From Tetramitus jugosus (lineage: Eukaryota; Protista; Heterolobosea), in the NCBI GenBank assembly GCA_937625935.1, contig OW569355.1:1-64000 (forward strand): 64,000 bases of DNA, given 5' to 3'. Positions 1 through 11,140 of this stretch are shown here, one piece after another. The translations under genes and the position numbers were made by a program. The number at the start of each line of letters is the position of its first letter. Within the stretch, counting starts at the first letter, position 1. The notes beneath the pieces are model-generated. The model saw only the letters and a list, made by a program, of their open reading frames with translations. It searched no databases and was not told the origin of the DNA.

Positions 1-768
1 AAACCCCAACCCAAACCCAAACCCCAAACCCACAACCCAAACCCAAACCCAACCCCCCCAAACCCAAACCCAACCCCCCCAAACCCAAACCCCAACCCCA
101 AACCCAAACCCAAACCCAAACCCAAACCCAAACCCAAACCCAAACCCAAACCCAAACCCAAACCCAAACCCAAACCCAAACCCAAACCCAAACCCAAACC
201 CAAACCCAAACCCAAACCCAAACCCAAACCCAAACCCAAACCCAAACCCAAACCCAAACCCAAACCCAAACCCAAACCCAAACCCAAACCCAAACCCAAA
301 CCCAAACCCAAACCCAAACCCAAACCCAAACCCAAACCCAAACCCAAACCCAAACCCAAACCCAAACCCAAACCCAAACCCAAACCCAAACCCAAACCCA
401 AACCCAAACCCAAACCCAAACCCAAACCCAAACCCAAACCCAAACCCAAACCCAAACCCAAACCCAAACCCAAACCCAAACCCAAACCCAAACCCAAACC
501 CAAACCCAAACCCAAACCCAAACCCAAACCCAAACCCAAACCCAAACCCAAACCCAAACCCAAACCCAAACCCAAACCCAAACCCAAACCCAAACCCAAA
601 CCCAAACCCAAACCCAAACCCAAACCCAAACCCAAACCCAAACCCAAACCCAAACCCAAACCCAAACCCAAACCCAAACCCAAACCCAAACCCAAACCCA
701 AACCCAAACCCAAACCCAAACCCAAACCCAAACCCAAACCCAAACCCAAACCCAAACCCAAACCCAAA
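1..768 (-). repeat. Telomeric repeat array (CCCAAA)n on +, TTTGGG on the G-rich strand
   Basis: Perfect hexamer tandem from ~100 to 768 at the window start; the first ~100 nt are irregular variants. Confidence 0.97.
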
Positions 769-867
769 TCAAATTCCTTCTCAAAAATCAAAATTTTCAT
801 CCAAATTCAAAATAGAAACAATCTATCATCTAAAATATGATCAAACAAGATTAATGGAAGTTAAAAT

Positions 868-2862
868 TACTCAGTTCATTTCTATTTCCATCGCTTGACA
901 TTCACTCATGAGTATTTGTCGAAAATCGAAAACTTCTCATTAAATGCTCAACATCTGGAAGGATTAGAGGCAATCAAGCGAGTCAATACACGTTTAATGA
1001 GTAATCATTGCTCTTTCTTTTCAGTTATGACGGGTTGGGTCTGGGTATTCAACTCTGCACTCAAGAACAACACAAAGTTTGAATTCTCATTCTGTCAGGG
1101 TTAATCGCTCTCAGAAGAACAATTTTTCCAAAAGACTCTCAGTCTATTACATTCATAAATATGAATTGTCATTCAGAAAAGCTAGTAATCTGTATTTCTG
1201 ACCTGTTGGATCTGGGATTTCAACTTTAAACTAGATGCAGATTTGAAACTTCACTATTTCACTGTCTTACAGGATTTTACGTAGAAAAGTCTCATTACTA
1301 GATAAAACATCTGATTCTACAGTGATTATTTAATAAAATCTGTCTATTCTATCCAGAAAAACACTAAATCAAGTCTGTCAAAAATTCTGAAAAATCAGGT
1401 ACTCAGAAACTGAGGCAAAAATTATAGCTGGAAGAAAATCATGTTAAAAATGATCAAATACTGTCTCAATATCCTGATCCAAACTAAAGAAATCAAGTCT
1501 CACTCTAATGTCTTAACTCCAGTACAGGATCAAAATCGACAGAAATCTATTGCAGTTTTAACACTGTTGCAGATGAAAATCTGTTAAATACAGCACAGAT
1601 ATATCGGCTCTACGAGCCGATAAAGCTCAAATCGAGTTGAAAACCTCGCCAATCTCTTCACCTCAACCAGCTGAAGCTCCTTGAGCAATAAAAAATCTCA
1701 AAAAAAAAATTGCCATATAAGGAAATCGTTTCCTTAGGTTGGGGAATCCAGGATGTATCCCCAAACCCAAACCCAACCCATATTCGCTTCTGAACCGACA
1801 AAATATTGCCTTTTATGGAAGAGGAGTGTCTAAATATGGTTTTGGGAGGTTTTTGAGTTTGAGTTTGGGGTTCATGTCATAAGTCCAGACCCAACCCGAA
1901 GGAATTTTTCAGTACAAATACCTCATCTCAACGAACTCTAACAGAATTTAACAGGATTAAAACTCTATCGTCTCGAAGAGACGATCGCTCCCTGCTGTAA
2001 TTAACAGAGTTTCTCTGCAACAGGATTAAAACTGCAACAGACTTTTATGTCAGGATTTTTCAGAAAAGCATGAGATTGACACTGGACTGTATGATAAGAG
2101 AACAGTTTTTTAGGTTTTAGACTGGAACTGTAGTCCTCTTGTATTCATTTGAAGCATGAAATCTGTTATTTCTGTCATTTTTTGTTGTTTTTTCAGCGGA
2201 TTGAGTTGCATTTCAGTAATATGACTTTTGATTGACTTGAAATTCTTGACTTGAAGGTTTTCACCAATTTTAGAGATAATCTGGATATGATGGAGAGATT
2301 TCGTTGTTGAATGAGATGTTTTCGGTAGAATAGGCTAAAATTTTGAATTTCGTTTTGTGAATGCTATGAAACACTCTTGTTCTGGCGAAATCAACTAATT
2401 TGGACCGATTTATTGATGGTGAACGAGACATTTCATTCTTGAACGGAATATATTGACATATGTGACAGGCAGAATGAGATTTTAACTTCTCAGTTAAGAT
2501 GAGTGCAGAGAAAGTCGAGACCCAATCTTCATATAATAAGAGTACATCTTGCTTGTTGATAAGAATTCACACGTATGAACGTAATTAACTGATAAATATT
2601 GCAGAAAATACTATTTTGGAGTGAAATTGGCTCATGAGAGAAGTATATTTCTATTGTTCAAACTTCCTTGGATGCTAAGTTGAATACCCAGACCCAACCC
2701 GTCCTAAATGAAGAGAAATAGAAATGATTACTCATTAAAGATATATTGACTCACTAAATTGCCTCCAATCCTCCCAGATTTTGAGCATTGAATGAGAGAA
2801 TTTCTATTTTCGACAAAGAGTAAGGAGTGAATGTCAAAAGATAGAAAGAGAAATGAACTGAG
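868..2862. repeat. ~2 kb imperfect subtelomeric inverted repeat, centre ~1810
   Basis: 868-1053 matches the reverse complement of 2678-2862; 1548-1622 matches 1966-2037; 1730-1783 matches ~1833-1904. Confidence 0.8.
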
Positions 2863-3344
2863 CGAGTTGGTTTTGTCGTTCTGATGTTAGATCTGAGAAC
2901 TGCGGTTCGTTAGCCTTGCTCGTGGCTCACTAGTTGGATGTGTATGAGTGCCTCTGAAATATCATTTGTCAATCTCGAACATCTTTGCTGAAAGAAGATA
3001 CTTTTCTTTCTTTCAAGAAATGGATTCCAAGTTTCTAGACTTCCTCCAGTATCAACCTACTCCATATCCAACGAAGAAGCTCACTTTGATGATGAATCTC
3101 TATTGGCTCAAGGTTGCTAAGTATCAGTTCTCTATTCAGAGTACTTTCTGTTATGGCTTTTTGGCTTTTCTCTACAAGACTAAGTGAGATAGAAATTTGA
3201 GAGCTGAATTTACCATTGATATCAAGAACATTTTGAGGACATTGCTCAGAAAGTTTGGAAATGACAAGTTCAAAGTTGAAGTGTCCAAACATCTCATTAC
3301 TGACATAAGAGGGGTTTTTGAGCAAGCAGTGTAAATTTTTTCCA

Positions 3345-3524
3345 TCAATTTCTAAAAATTGATTTTTAGAAGATATTGGAAAGTTTATTGGAGTGGAAAC
3401 AAATTATTAATGATGTCCTGTCAGTAGACAAATCAATATTTGTAACAGATTAGTTATGGATTACTATAGCAAAAATGAGAGATAATCTCAAATCAAGAAC
3501 TCTTCAATAATGATCCAACACTCC
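3345..3524. repeat. Degenerate dispersed repeat, second copy at 45692-45870
   Basis: Colinear match tcaatttctaaaaattgatttttagaagata...tgatccaacactcc. Confidence 0.8.
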
Positions 3525-3599
3525 GTGTTGATCCAAGAGTGCTTTGCAACAAAAGAGCAGAGGTCTATTTTGGAATACTTCGCTACTTTCATGCGGTTT

Positions 3600-3710
3600 C
3601 CTTGAAAAGGTATTGAGTGCCGAGCCGTTGGGATCTCGTTTCTTCAAGGTTTTGAAGAGGTCTTGTCCCTCCAACTTGAGCTCGTTTTTTTTGATAGTGT
3701 ATCATGCAGG
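3600..3710. repeat. Degenerate dispersed repeat, second copy at 61643-61755
   Basis: Near-identical ccttgaaaaggtattgagtgccgagccgttgggatc...catgcagg. Confidence 0.85.
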
Positions 3711-4190
3711 GAATTGACGTCATCGATTTACTCAGTGTTTCAAACTCCTCGTCGTTGAGCTTGATCAACGACCTCGTCAGTACCGGCCAACTTCACTGTT
3801 CATCGCGGTGATACAAAAAACACTTTGAGTTGTTCATTGGTTGTTGGTTGCAAAAACTCGAGTGAACCATCGAGTGTACAAAAGATTCTTGTTGATATGG
3901 ATGGGTTACGATGAACAATATGACAGATGTGATATTGTTAATTGGAGGTCAATTGTGGAGTATATCTCCATACTCATTCGAAAACGAGGCTGGCCACTGA
4001 AGTCAACAAAAAAGTCCAAGAATGCCTCGAACGAAGACGGAAAAAGAAAAAATCGAGTAGAACAAAGTGAGATTTCTGAGGATGATAGAGAGCAAGATAA
4101 TATTATAGATGATCTAGAGTACGCCTTGTGATAATTTCATATGTCCAATTAATTACATTCCGGATAACTGGAATCTGGACAGATTTTATC

Positions 4191-5116
4191 CTTCTTGCAC
4201 GATCCACCATGATTGCTCGAGCAGCAATCTCTTTCTTGACTTTCTTGAACAACTCAGAGGTGTTCAATACTAGCTCGAAGATTGCTCTATTACGAGCATT
4301 CTCATCATTGGTGTTGGTGGTTGGCTTTTGGGTGACTGTAGTTGGAGTGGTGGGATGTGACTCTGGCATGATCAACTACCAGTCATCGGCCGGAGACGGA
4401 GTCGAAGGTTCGAATTCGGAGATTCGTTCCGGCGTCCTTGGGGACGGGGCTGCGAGGGGAATCCGGGTGACAGAGTTCATATTCTTTAACACACTGACTT
4501 GGTGGCGCAGGTCTCCACCACAGCCAGGAGCTCTTGGTACATCTTGGTCAGCCTCTTGCTGACAGCCTTGACAGGATCACGTGGGCGTGGAAGGAAGCGC
4601 TTTGCTTCCATCTCCACTAGCATGGATTTAACGTTCCGAAGCAAAGTTTCGGCATACGTTTCGGACCCCATCACAACAAAGGTGGTGTTGGAGCGTTCTT
4701 GACCTTTGTTGTGCCGAGCATGGCCTTGATGTCGTCCTCCGTCTTTCCTTTGACCATGGAGGACGATCTTCTTGGTTCAATCTACGTTGTGCTTGAGTGA
4801 TGCCTTGCAGCCACTCACCTTCTTGTTGCGGTTGAAAAATTCAACAAATGGGTAAATGTTGTCGTCAACAACAGTTACCCACGCAACAAACCTCTTGGGG
4901 CCTTTCTTGATGACTTGGACCCTGATGAGCCATTCACCAAAATCCAAACCAATTCTCTTTGCCAAGGCAGCCTTGGGAGAGTCATCACACTTTCCAGTGA
5001 TGATGACCTCCTTGCTTGGTGCAGTCCCTCTTGGGGCTGTGGTCCACAGAGCATAGCGTGGGTTCTCATACTCACGAACAACAGGGGTGTGTGTTCGTTT
5101 TTCATCGGCGTTTTTT
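4191..5116 (-). mobile_element. Family A retroelement, decayed copy A0 (ORF1 relic, 3' end lost)
   Basis: Colinear with ~6630-7572, with several small deletions and frameshifts; same 5' end AAAAACGCCG-ATG (ATG 5105). Confidence 0.85.
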
Positions 5117-5129
5117 CGCGTACCATCAG

Positions 5130-6155
5130 TCATCAGATCACCCAGTGTGATCCTAGCACTCCTTTTCTTGTTGTCATTGAGTTGTGGACTCTGAATCTCC
5201 TTTTCGGAGTCATCATCCACATCCACAATGACTGGTTCGTCCTCAGTTAAACCATACCTTTTGCGTGCAGCAGCCAGCGCCAATGCAGCAATTTCCTTTT
5301 TCACTCTGGTGAACACTGGAGAAGTGGCATTCACTTGCTCCAGAATTTGCCGGTTCTCAGCACTGAGCTGTACAACAGGCACTGATAGCAGTGGTGTTGC
5401 TACAGTCCTTTGTTCTTCTACCTCCACTAGCTCAGGAGTCTCCATCCTAGCAGTGGCTTGGGCAACTTCTTGTTCCGGCATTGGAACCGGTTTGTTGCCC
5501 CCTTGACCCTTTGTCTTTGCCAATTCCTTGGTGAGTTCTGTGACCTGTCGACGCAGTCCGTCAACCACCATCAGCAGCTCCTCGTACATCTTCGTCAACC
5601 TCTTGTTGACAGCCTTGAGAGGATCATGTGGTCTCTCGATGTATCGAGTGACCGTGGCCTTTACCTTGTTCTCTCCACTGAGCACTGCTCGTGCATAGGT
5701 TTCGTCATGACCACGAAAGCAGTGTCACGCTTCTTCTCAGGCCCCAGTAGCTTCTTGATGTCGTCCACTGACATGTTCTTCATGCCATGGACGACCACCT
5801 TTCCTGTGCAATCAACACTGCGCTTGGGTGCAGCAGTGCTGTTGCCAATCCTCCTCTCTTTGTTGAACAACTCAACAAAGTCATAGATGCGGTCACCCTT
5901 GACCGCCATCCATGCAACAAAGCGTTGCTGGCCTTTCCTCTTGATGACCTGGACACGGTTGAGCCAGTCACCAAACTCCTCTCCTATCTTTCTTGTCAAA
6001 GATGACTGAGAGACACCATTACCGTTGCCAGTAATGACGACCTCTCTGTCACTTGGCCTAGAGCCTTTCCGTGCAGTGGTCCACACTGCATAACGGCTGT
6101 TGCCGTATTCCTTCACCAAATTTGTTGAATCACCAGACATGTGATTCCGTTTTTT
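5130..6155 (-). mobile_element. Family E non-LTR element, 5' part only (frameshifted ORF1, ATG 6140)
   Basis: ORF1 homologous to families A/B (VKEYGNSRYAVWTT, RVQVIK, DTAFVVM, DPLKAVNKRLTKMYEEL); no poly(A) left at its 3' side. Confidence 0.8.
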
Positions 6156-6172
6156 CTGCTTTTTTATGTACC

Positions 6173-7572
6173 TTTTTTTTTTTTTTTTTTTTTTAATACA
6201 ACAAATGGTGCTCACGCACCACGTTGCGGAACTTTTATTTTTCTTTTGCGTGAGAGCAGGCTTGCCTGCTCTCAATTGTCTAACATGATGTGGTGCTTGC
6301 CCAGTGGAGTGGCAGGCCTACGCAACAGGATTCATTCTCTTCTTGGAATGTTGTTTTGATCCCTTCTTCAGGGATTCGTTGCGAGGGCCTCCACTACCGT
6401 CTGGAGCACCACTGGTGAGGTCAGATGGCTCTGTAGTCCTAGCCAGTTGGTAGGACCTACGGAGAGCACCTGACTTGATACTGGCCAACCTGGCCGGGAT
6501 CTTGTTGGCAGCAGTGTCACCAACGGTGACACGTGCTGATCGCTTCTTGTGTTCGTTGAGTTGGGGACTCTGTAACTCACAGTCGGGGTTACTGAGATCC
6601 AACTCAACTGGATCTTCTTCGGTGGTTGTGCTTCTTGCACGGTCCACCATGATTGCTCGGGCAGCAATCTCTTTCTTGACTTTCTTGAACACCTCGGAGG
6701 TGTTCAATACTAGCTCGAGGATTGCTCTGTTACGAGCATCCTCATCAATGGTGTTGTTGGTTGGCTCTTGGGTGACCGTAGTTGGAGTGGCGGGATGGGA
6801 CTCCGGCATGATCGACTCCCAGTCATCGGTCGTAGACGGAGTCGAAGGTTCGAATTCGGGGATTCGCTCCGGCGTCCTTGGAGACGGGGATGCGAGGGGA
6901 ATCCGGTTGACGGAAGCCATATCTTTTAACACACTGACTTGGTGGCGCAGGTCGTCCACCACAGCCAGTAGCTCTTGGTACATCTTGGTCAGCCTCTTGC
7001 TGACAGCCTTGACCGGATCACGTGGGCGTGGAAGGAAGCGCTTTGCTTCCACCTCCACTGGCATGGATTGAACGTTTCGAAGCAAAGCTTCGGCATACGT
7101 TTCGGACTCCATCACAACAAAGGCGGTGTCGTGCTTCTTGAGCACGTTCTTGACCTTTGTTGTGCCAAGCATGGCCTTGATGTCGTCCTCCGTCTTACCT
7201 TTGACACCGTGGAGGACGACCTTCTTGGCACAATCTACGTTGTGCTTGAGTGCTGCCTTGCAGCCACTCATCTTCTTGTTGCGGTTGAAGGATTCAACAA
7301 ATGGGTAAATGTTGTCATCAACAACAGTTACCCACGCAACAAACCTCTTGGGGCCCTTCTTGATGACTTGGACCCTGGTGAGCAAATCACCAAAATCCTA
7401 GCCAATCTTCTTGGCCAAGGCAGCCTTGGGAGAGTCATCACACTTTCCAGTGATGATGACCTCCTTGCTGCTTGGCGCAGTTCCTCTTGGTGCTGTGGTC
7501 CACACAGCATAGCGTGGATTCTCATACTCACGAACAACAGGGGTGTGTGTTCGTTTTTTCATCGGCGTTTTT
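6173..7572 (-). mobile_element. Family A non-autonomous ORF1-only retroelement, copy A1 (1.4 kb), upstream of tRNA-Gly
   Basis: Poly(A) tail (T-run from 6173); 15-bp TSD gcttttttatgtacc at 6158-6172 and 7573-7587; near-identical to 52514-53894. Confidence 0.93.
6318..7562 (-). pseudogene. ORF1 of A1 (~414 aa, RRM-like plus coiled coil) with one nonsense codon
   Basis: TAG at 7398-7400 where copy A2 has TTG; KVVLHGV and DTAFVVMESETYAEALL resemble RNP2/RNP1. Confidence 0.8.
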
Positions 7573-7625
7573 GCTTTTTTATGTACCATCAGGAATATTT
7601 TTCCATACTTTCTTAAAAATATTGG

Positions 7626-7696
7626 GCATCTGTAGTGTAGGGGTATCATGCAGCGTTGCCATCGCTGCGACCCGGGTTCGAATCCCGGCAGATGCA
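7626..7696 (+). tRNA. tRNA-Gly (GCC)
   Basis: Acceptor stem GCATCTG/CAGATGC, anticodon arm cagcg-TT-GCC-AT-cgctg, T-arm GGTTCGAATCC. Confidence 0.97.
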
Positions 7697-8088
7697 ATTA
7701 GTGTTTGCGAGTTTGCTTTTGGTACAAATTTACTTTGACGAATAATCTTGATCTAACTGGCTTACTTTTCTGTTCTCTTCGCTGCAGATCCGTCATTATC
7801 TGCTATCAGAGTGCAGCAGTAGTAAAATTTATTCCTTTGGTGCAACAAAAAGGTGTAAAACACGAGAAAAGTTGTTGTGATTCGCTTCAGCCTTTCATGT
7901 CCCAATTTATTGTATCAGTGAGATCCCCTTTACAAATTTTTCCATTTGGGGAGGAGCCGAACCGACAGCACTGTTTCAAGGCGAGTGAACGGATGTTGCG
8001 CTGTTATTGCGGAATTGGAAGTATGTATTTTAAATTCAGTCGTGAGTTTTGACAAAGATTTCGAAACAAGAAACACAATAACAATAAC

Positions 8089-9126
8089 ATGACACAACAA
8101 CAACAAGTATATCGTCTCGAGAAACTAGAGGGATATGAACAATTAAAACAAACTACAGAACAAGTAGCAGTTCCAAAGAGAGGACAAGTTCTGGTGCGTC
8201 TTCATGCAGTATCACTCAACTATAGAGATCTGATGGTATCATATGGAAAATATGGTGGAAAGATTGAATCTCAAGTAGTACCATGTTCTGATGGAGCTGG
8301 TGAGATTGTACAAGTCGGTGAAGATGTCACTGATTTAAAAGTCGGTGACAAAGTATGTGGAACATTCTTTCAAAAGTGGACAGATGGACGTATTCCACAT
8401 GATTCGATGAATCATGCACTTGGTGCATCATTGAATGGTGTATTGTGTCAGTACCGTGTGTTTGAATCTACTGGTGTCATCAAGTATCCTTCCTTCTTGA
8501 GTTATGAAGAAGCTTCAACACTACCTTGTGCTGCATTAACTGCATGGAATGCACTTGCACACAATGGTGTTCAGAATATTGGACCTAATCAGACTGTTCT
8601 CATTTTGGGCACAGGAGGTGTCTCGGTTTTTGGAATACAATTCGCTTTGGCAGCAGGAGCCAGAGTTATTGTCACATCATCCAGTGATGAAAAGTTGCAA
8701 ATTGCTAGATCTCTCGGTGTTAAAGAAACAGATTTGATCAATTATTCAAAGAATGCAAACTGGGATGAAAAGGTGAATGAAATCACAAATGGAAGAGGAG
8801 TTGATCATGTTGTAGAAGTAGGAGGACCTGGTACTCTGCCAAAATCATTGAATGCTGTACGTGCAGGTGGTCACGTTCATATGATTGGAGTTTTGACACA
8901 ACAAGATCAGAGCAATATTGCTATTCAAGTCTTACTTAAAGCAGCTATTTTGAGAGGTGTTTTGATTGGTTCTCTTGGAATGTTCACAGAGATGAACAAG
9001 ACTATTGAGCACAATCAGATTCGTCCAGTGATCGACAAGGTATTTTCCTTCAATGAAGCCAAAGATGCTTACAGACATTTGGAGAGCCAAAAACATGTTG
9101 GAAAAGTTGTGATTCGTATCGATTAA
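8089..9126 (+). CDS. NAD(P)-dependent zinc-type alcohol dehydrogenase-like protein (MDR family)
   Basis: SLNYRD, PCSDGAGEIV, STLPCAALTAWNAL, GTGGVS, HVGKVVI. Confidence 0.93.
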   Translation: MTQQQQVYRLEKLEGYEQLKQTTEQVAVPKRGQVLVRLHAVSLNYRDLMVSYGKYGGKIESQVVPCSDGAGEIVQVGEDVTDLKVGDKVCGTFFQKWTDGRIPHDSMNHALGASLNGVLCQYRVFESTGVIKYPSFLSYEEASTLPCAALTAWNALAHNGVQNIGPNQTVLILGTGGVSVFGIQFALAAGARVIVTSSSDEKLQIARSLGVKETDLINYSKNANWDEKVNEITNGRGVDHVVEVGGPGTLPKSLNAVRAGGHVHMIGVLTQQDQSNIAIQVLLKAAILRGVLIGSLGMFTEMNKTIEHNQIRPVIDKVFSFNEAKDAYRHLESQKHVGKVVIRID

Positions 9127-9651
9127 ATTAAACTCTTGTATTTTGTTTAATTCCTTTTGATCTATTAGTTGATTCATTCTCAACAAAAAGCACTGTTATG
9201 TGCGATACATTTTTGCAATCTGTCATCAAAAACTATGTATTAGAATGGTCTGACAACTCTCACCTATTCCTGAAACTCCGAAGTCCATTGGTTTCCTTGT
9301 CAAGAGGTCCATCTGCTATCTGCAATAGTTCTTGGTGTCCCTAAAGTTTGGAGTTTATGCAAACGTACTGGTACTGGCGTTCCAACAGAAAAAATAAGAA
9401 ATCTTTGGAAAAAGGATCAGAATTTCCTTTGTCGAATTGGATTTCGCTGCCAACGCTGAAACGACATCTACCTTTCTCATCAACAGCTCCGCACAATGCG
9501 TAACAATTAATTCGCCATAATGCGCCTTGCCGAGCAATACAACTATAAAAGATATTATGGAATAGCAACAGAAAAAGAATCAACAACCAACAACTTCTCT
9601 AAAAGCATACCTCAAGGTAATAACATCAGAAAAAGAAACAACTTAAGAAAC

Positions 9652-10674
9652 ATGAAATACAAAAGACTTGGAAACACTGGACTAAAAGTGTCTCAATTAA
9701 CTCTAGGGTGCATGTCATTCGGTAGTTCAAATTGGGAGCCATGGGTACTAGAACCTGAAGAGGGAATCAAGTTATTGAAGGAAGCTCATGATCTCGGAAT
9801 TAACTTCTTTGATACTGCCAACATGTACTCAAATGGAGAGAGTGAGACAACATTGGGAACTTTTTTGAGACAATATCAAATCCCAAGAGAGAATGTTGTT
9901 ATTGCCACAAAAGTGTATTTCGGTGTTGATAAATCTGGACAACAGATTGATACTGTGATGAATCCTGATTCTGTGGATAGAAATGCTCGTGGATTGAGTC
10001 GAAAGAATATTATGCATGCAGTTCAAGATTCTTTGCATCGTCTTCAGACTGACTACATTGACTTGTACATCATTCATAGATGGGATAATGAGACTCCTAT
10101 TGAAGAAACTATGGAGGCTCTTCATGATTGTGTTAAATCTGGAAAGGTTCGTTACTTGGGTGCTTCTTCCATGGCTGCATGGCAATTTGCAAAAGCCCAA
10201 CAAATTGCAAAGGAGAGAGCATGGACTCCATTCATTTCAATGCAGAATCTCTACAATCTTCTCTATAGAGAAGAAGAAAGAGAAATGATTCCTTTGTGTG
10301 TTGATCAGGGAGTCTCATTGACTCCATGGAGTCCATTGGCTCGTGGTGATTTGGCAAAGATTGAAGAAAAGTCACAAGACACCACCAGAGGCCAAACAGA
10401 TAAGTATTTAAAGTTCTTTCAATCGCGTTTCTCTGAAGCTGATCAGACCATCAGACAGAGAGTTCTTGAAATTGCCAAGAAGAAACAATGTACCACTGCT
10501 CAATTGTCACTTGCTTGGTTGCTCCACAAAAAGGGAGTGGTTTCTCCAATCATTGGTGTAACCAAGATTGAGCAGATCAACGATTGTATCAAATCATTGG
10601 ACATTGAATTGTCCGAAGAGGAACTGAAACATCTGGAAGAACCCTACCAGGCAAAGGCAATTGTTGGTCATTAA
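9652..10674 (+). CDS. Aldo-keto reductase
   Basis: MKYKRLGNTGLKVS, FFDTANMYSNG, IATKV, LQTDYIDLY, GKVRYLGAS, PWSPLARG; start set at the Met matching the family N-terminus. Confidence 0.93.
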   Translation: MKYKRLGNTGLKVSQLTLGCMSFGSSNWEPWVLEPEEGIKLLKEAHDLGINFFDTANMYSNGESETTLGTFLRQYQIPRENVVIATKVYFGVDKSGQQIDTVMNPDSVDRNARGLSRKNIMHAVQDSLHRLQTDYIDLYIIHRWDNETPIEETMEALHDCVKSGKVRYLGASSMAAWQFAKAQQIAKERAWTPFISMQNLYNLLYREEEREMIPLCVDQGVSLTPWSPLARGDLAKIEEKSQDTTRGQTDKYLKFFQSRFSEADQTIRQRVLEIAKKKQCTTAQLSLAWLLHKKGVVSPIIGVTKIEQINDCIKSLDIELSEEELKHLEEPYQAKAIVGH

Positions 10675-11140
10675 TCCGTTTCTCTCGAGGTACTCAGGCT
10701 CAAGCACAACTTTGTGGCAATTTGGTGCATTGGTTTCACATGTTTATTGATTATTCAATTGTTGTGTATGTGGCTTGCATCAGACAAGGCAACCTATGTC
10801 TACTGAACAATGTCAGCAGAGTGAGATAACAAAAGAATATAAAAACAACAGTCAGAACTGAGCTGTTTTTCATCACAAAACACAAAAACCAAATAAATAC
10901 TCCTGGGTACGTTCATCTTCCAGAAAATCACCCTTGTATTCCCCAAAAGTCCCCATCAAGTCACCTCCGAAATAGAACAAGTACTCAAAAAGGCCAATGA
11001 ATCCACTTCGTTGTGGGACTTTGACAGAGTTGTTTTTGGCGAGATTACGGGATCTTTGTCAAACGGGTTGGAGGAGTGGATGTATAGTATTTTAAACCAA
11101 CATAGTTACTTGGAAGGAGACATCTTACTTGGGAGGTAAG

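Noticed and set aside
1-100. Variant telomere units at the extreme tip
   Set aside because: They cannot be distinguished from low-coverage consensus error at a contig end.
4777-5685. 302-aa ORF as a real gene
   Set aside because: It is a chance in-frame fusion across the E/A0 junction.
4191-7572. Telomere-elongating retrotransposon array (HeT-A/TART- or Giardia GilM-like)
   Set aside because: The poly(A) ends point toward the telomere (the opposite polarity), the array is 3.4 kb inside a normal repeat tract, and its TSDs tie it to tRNA-Gly.
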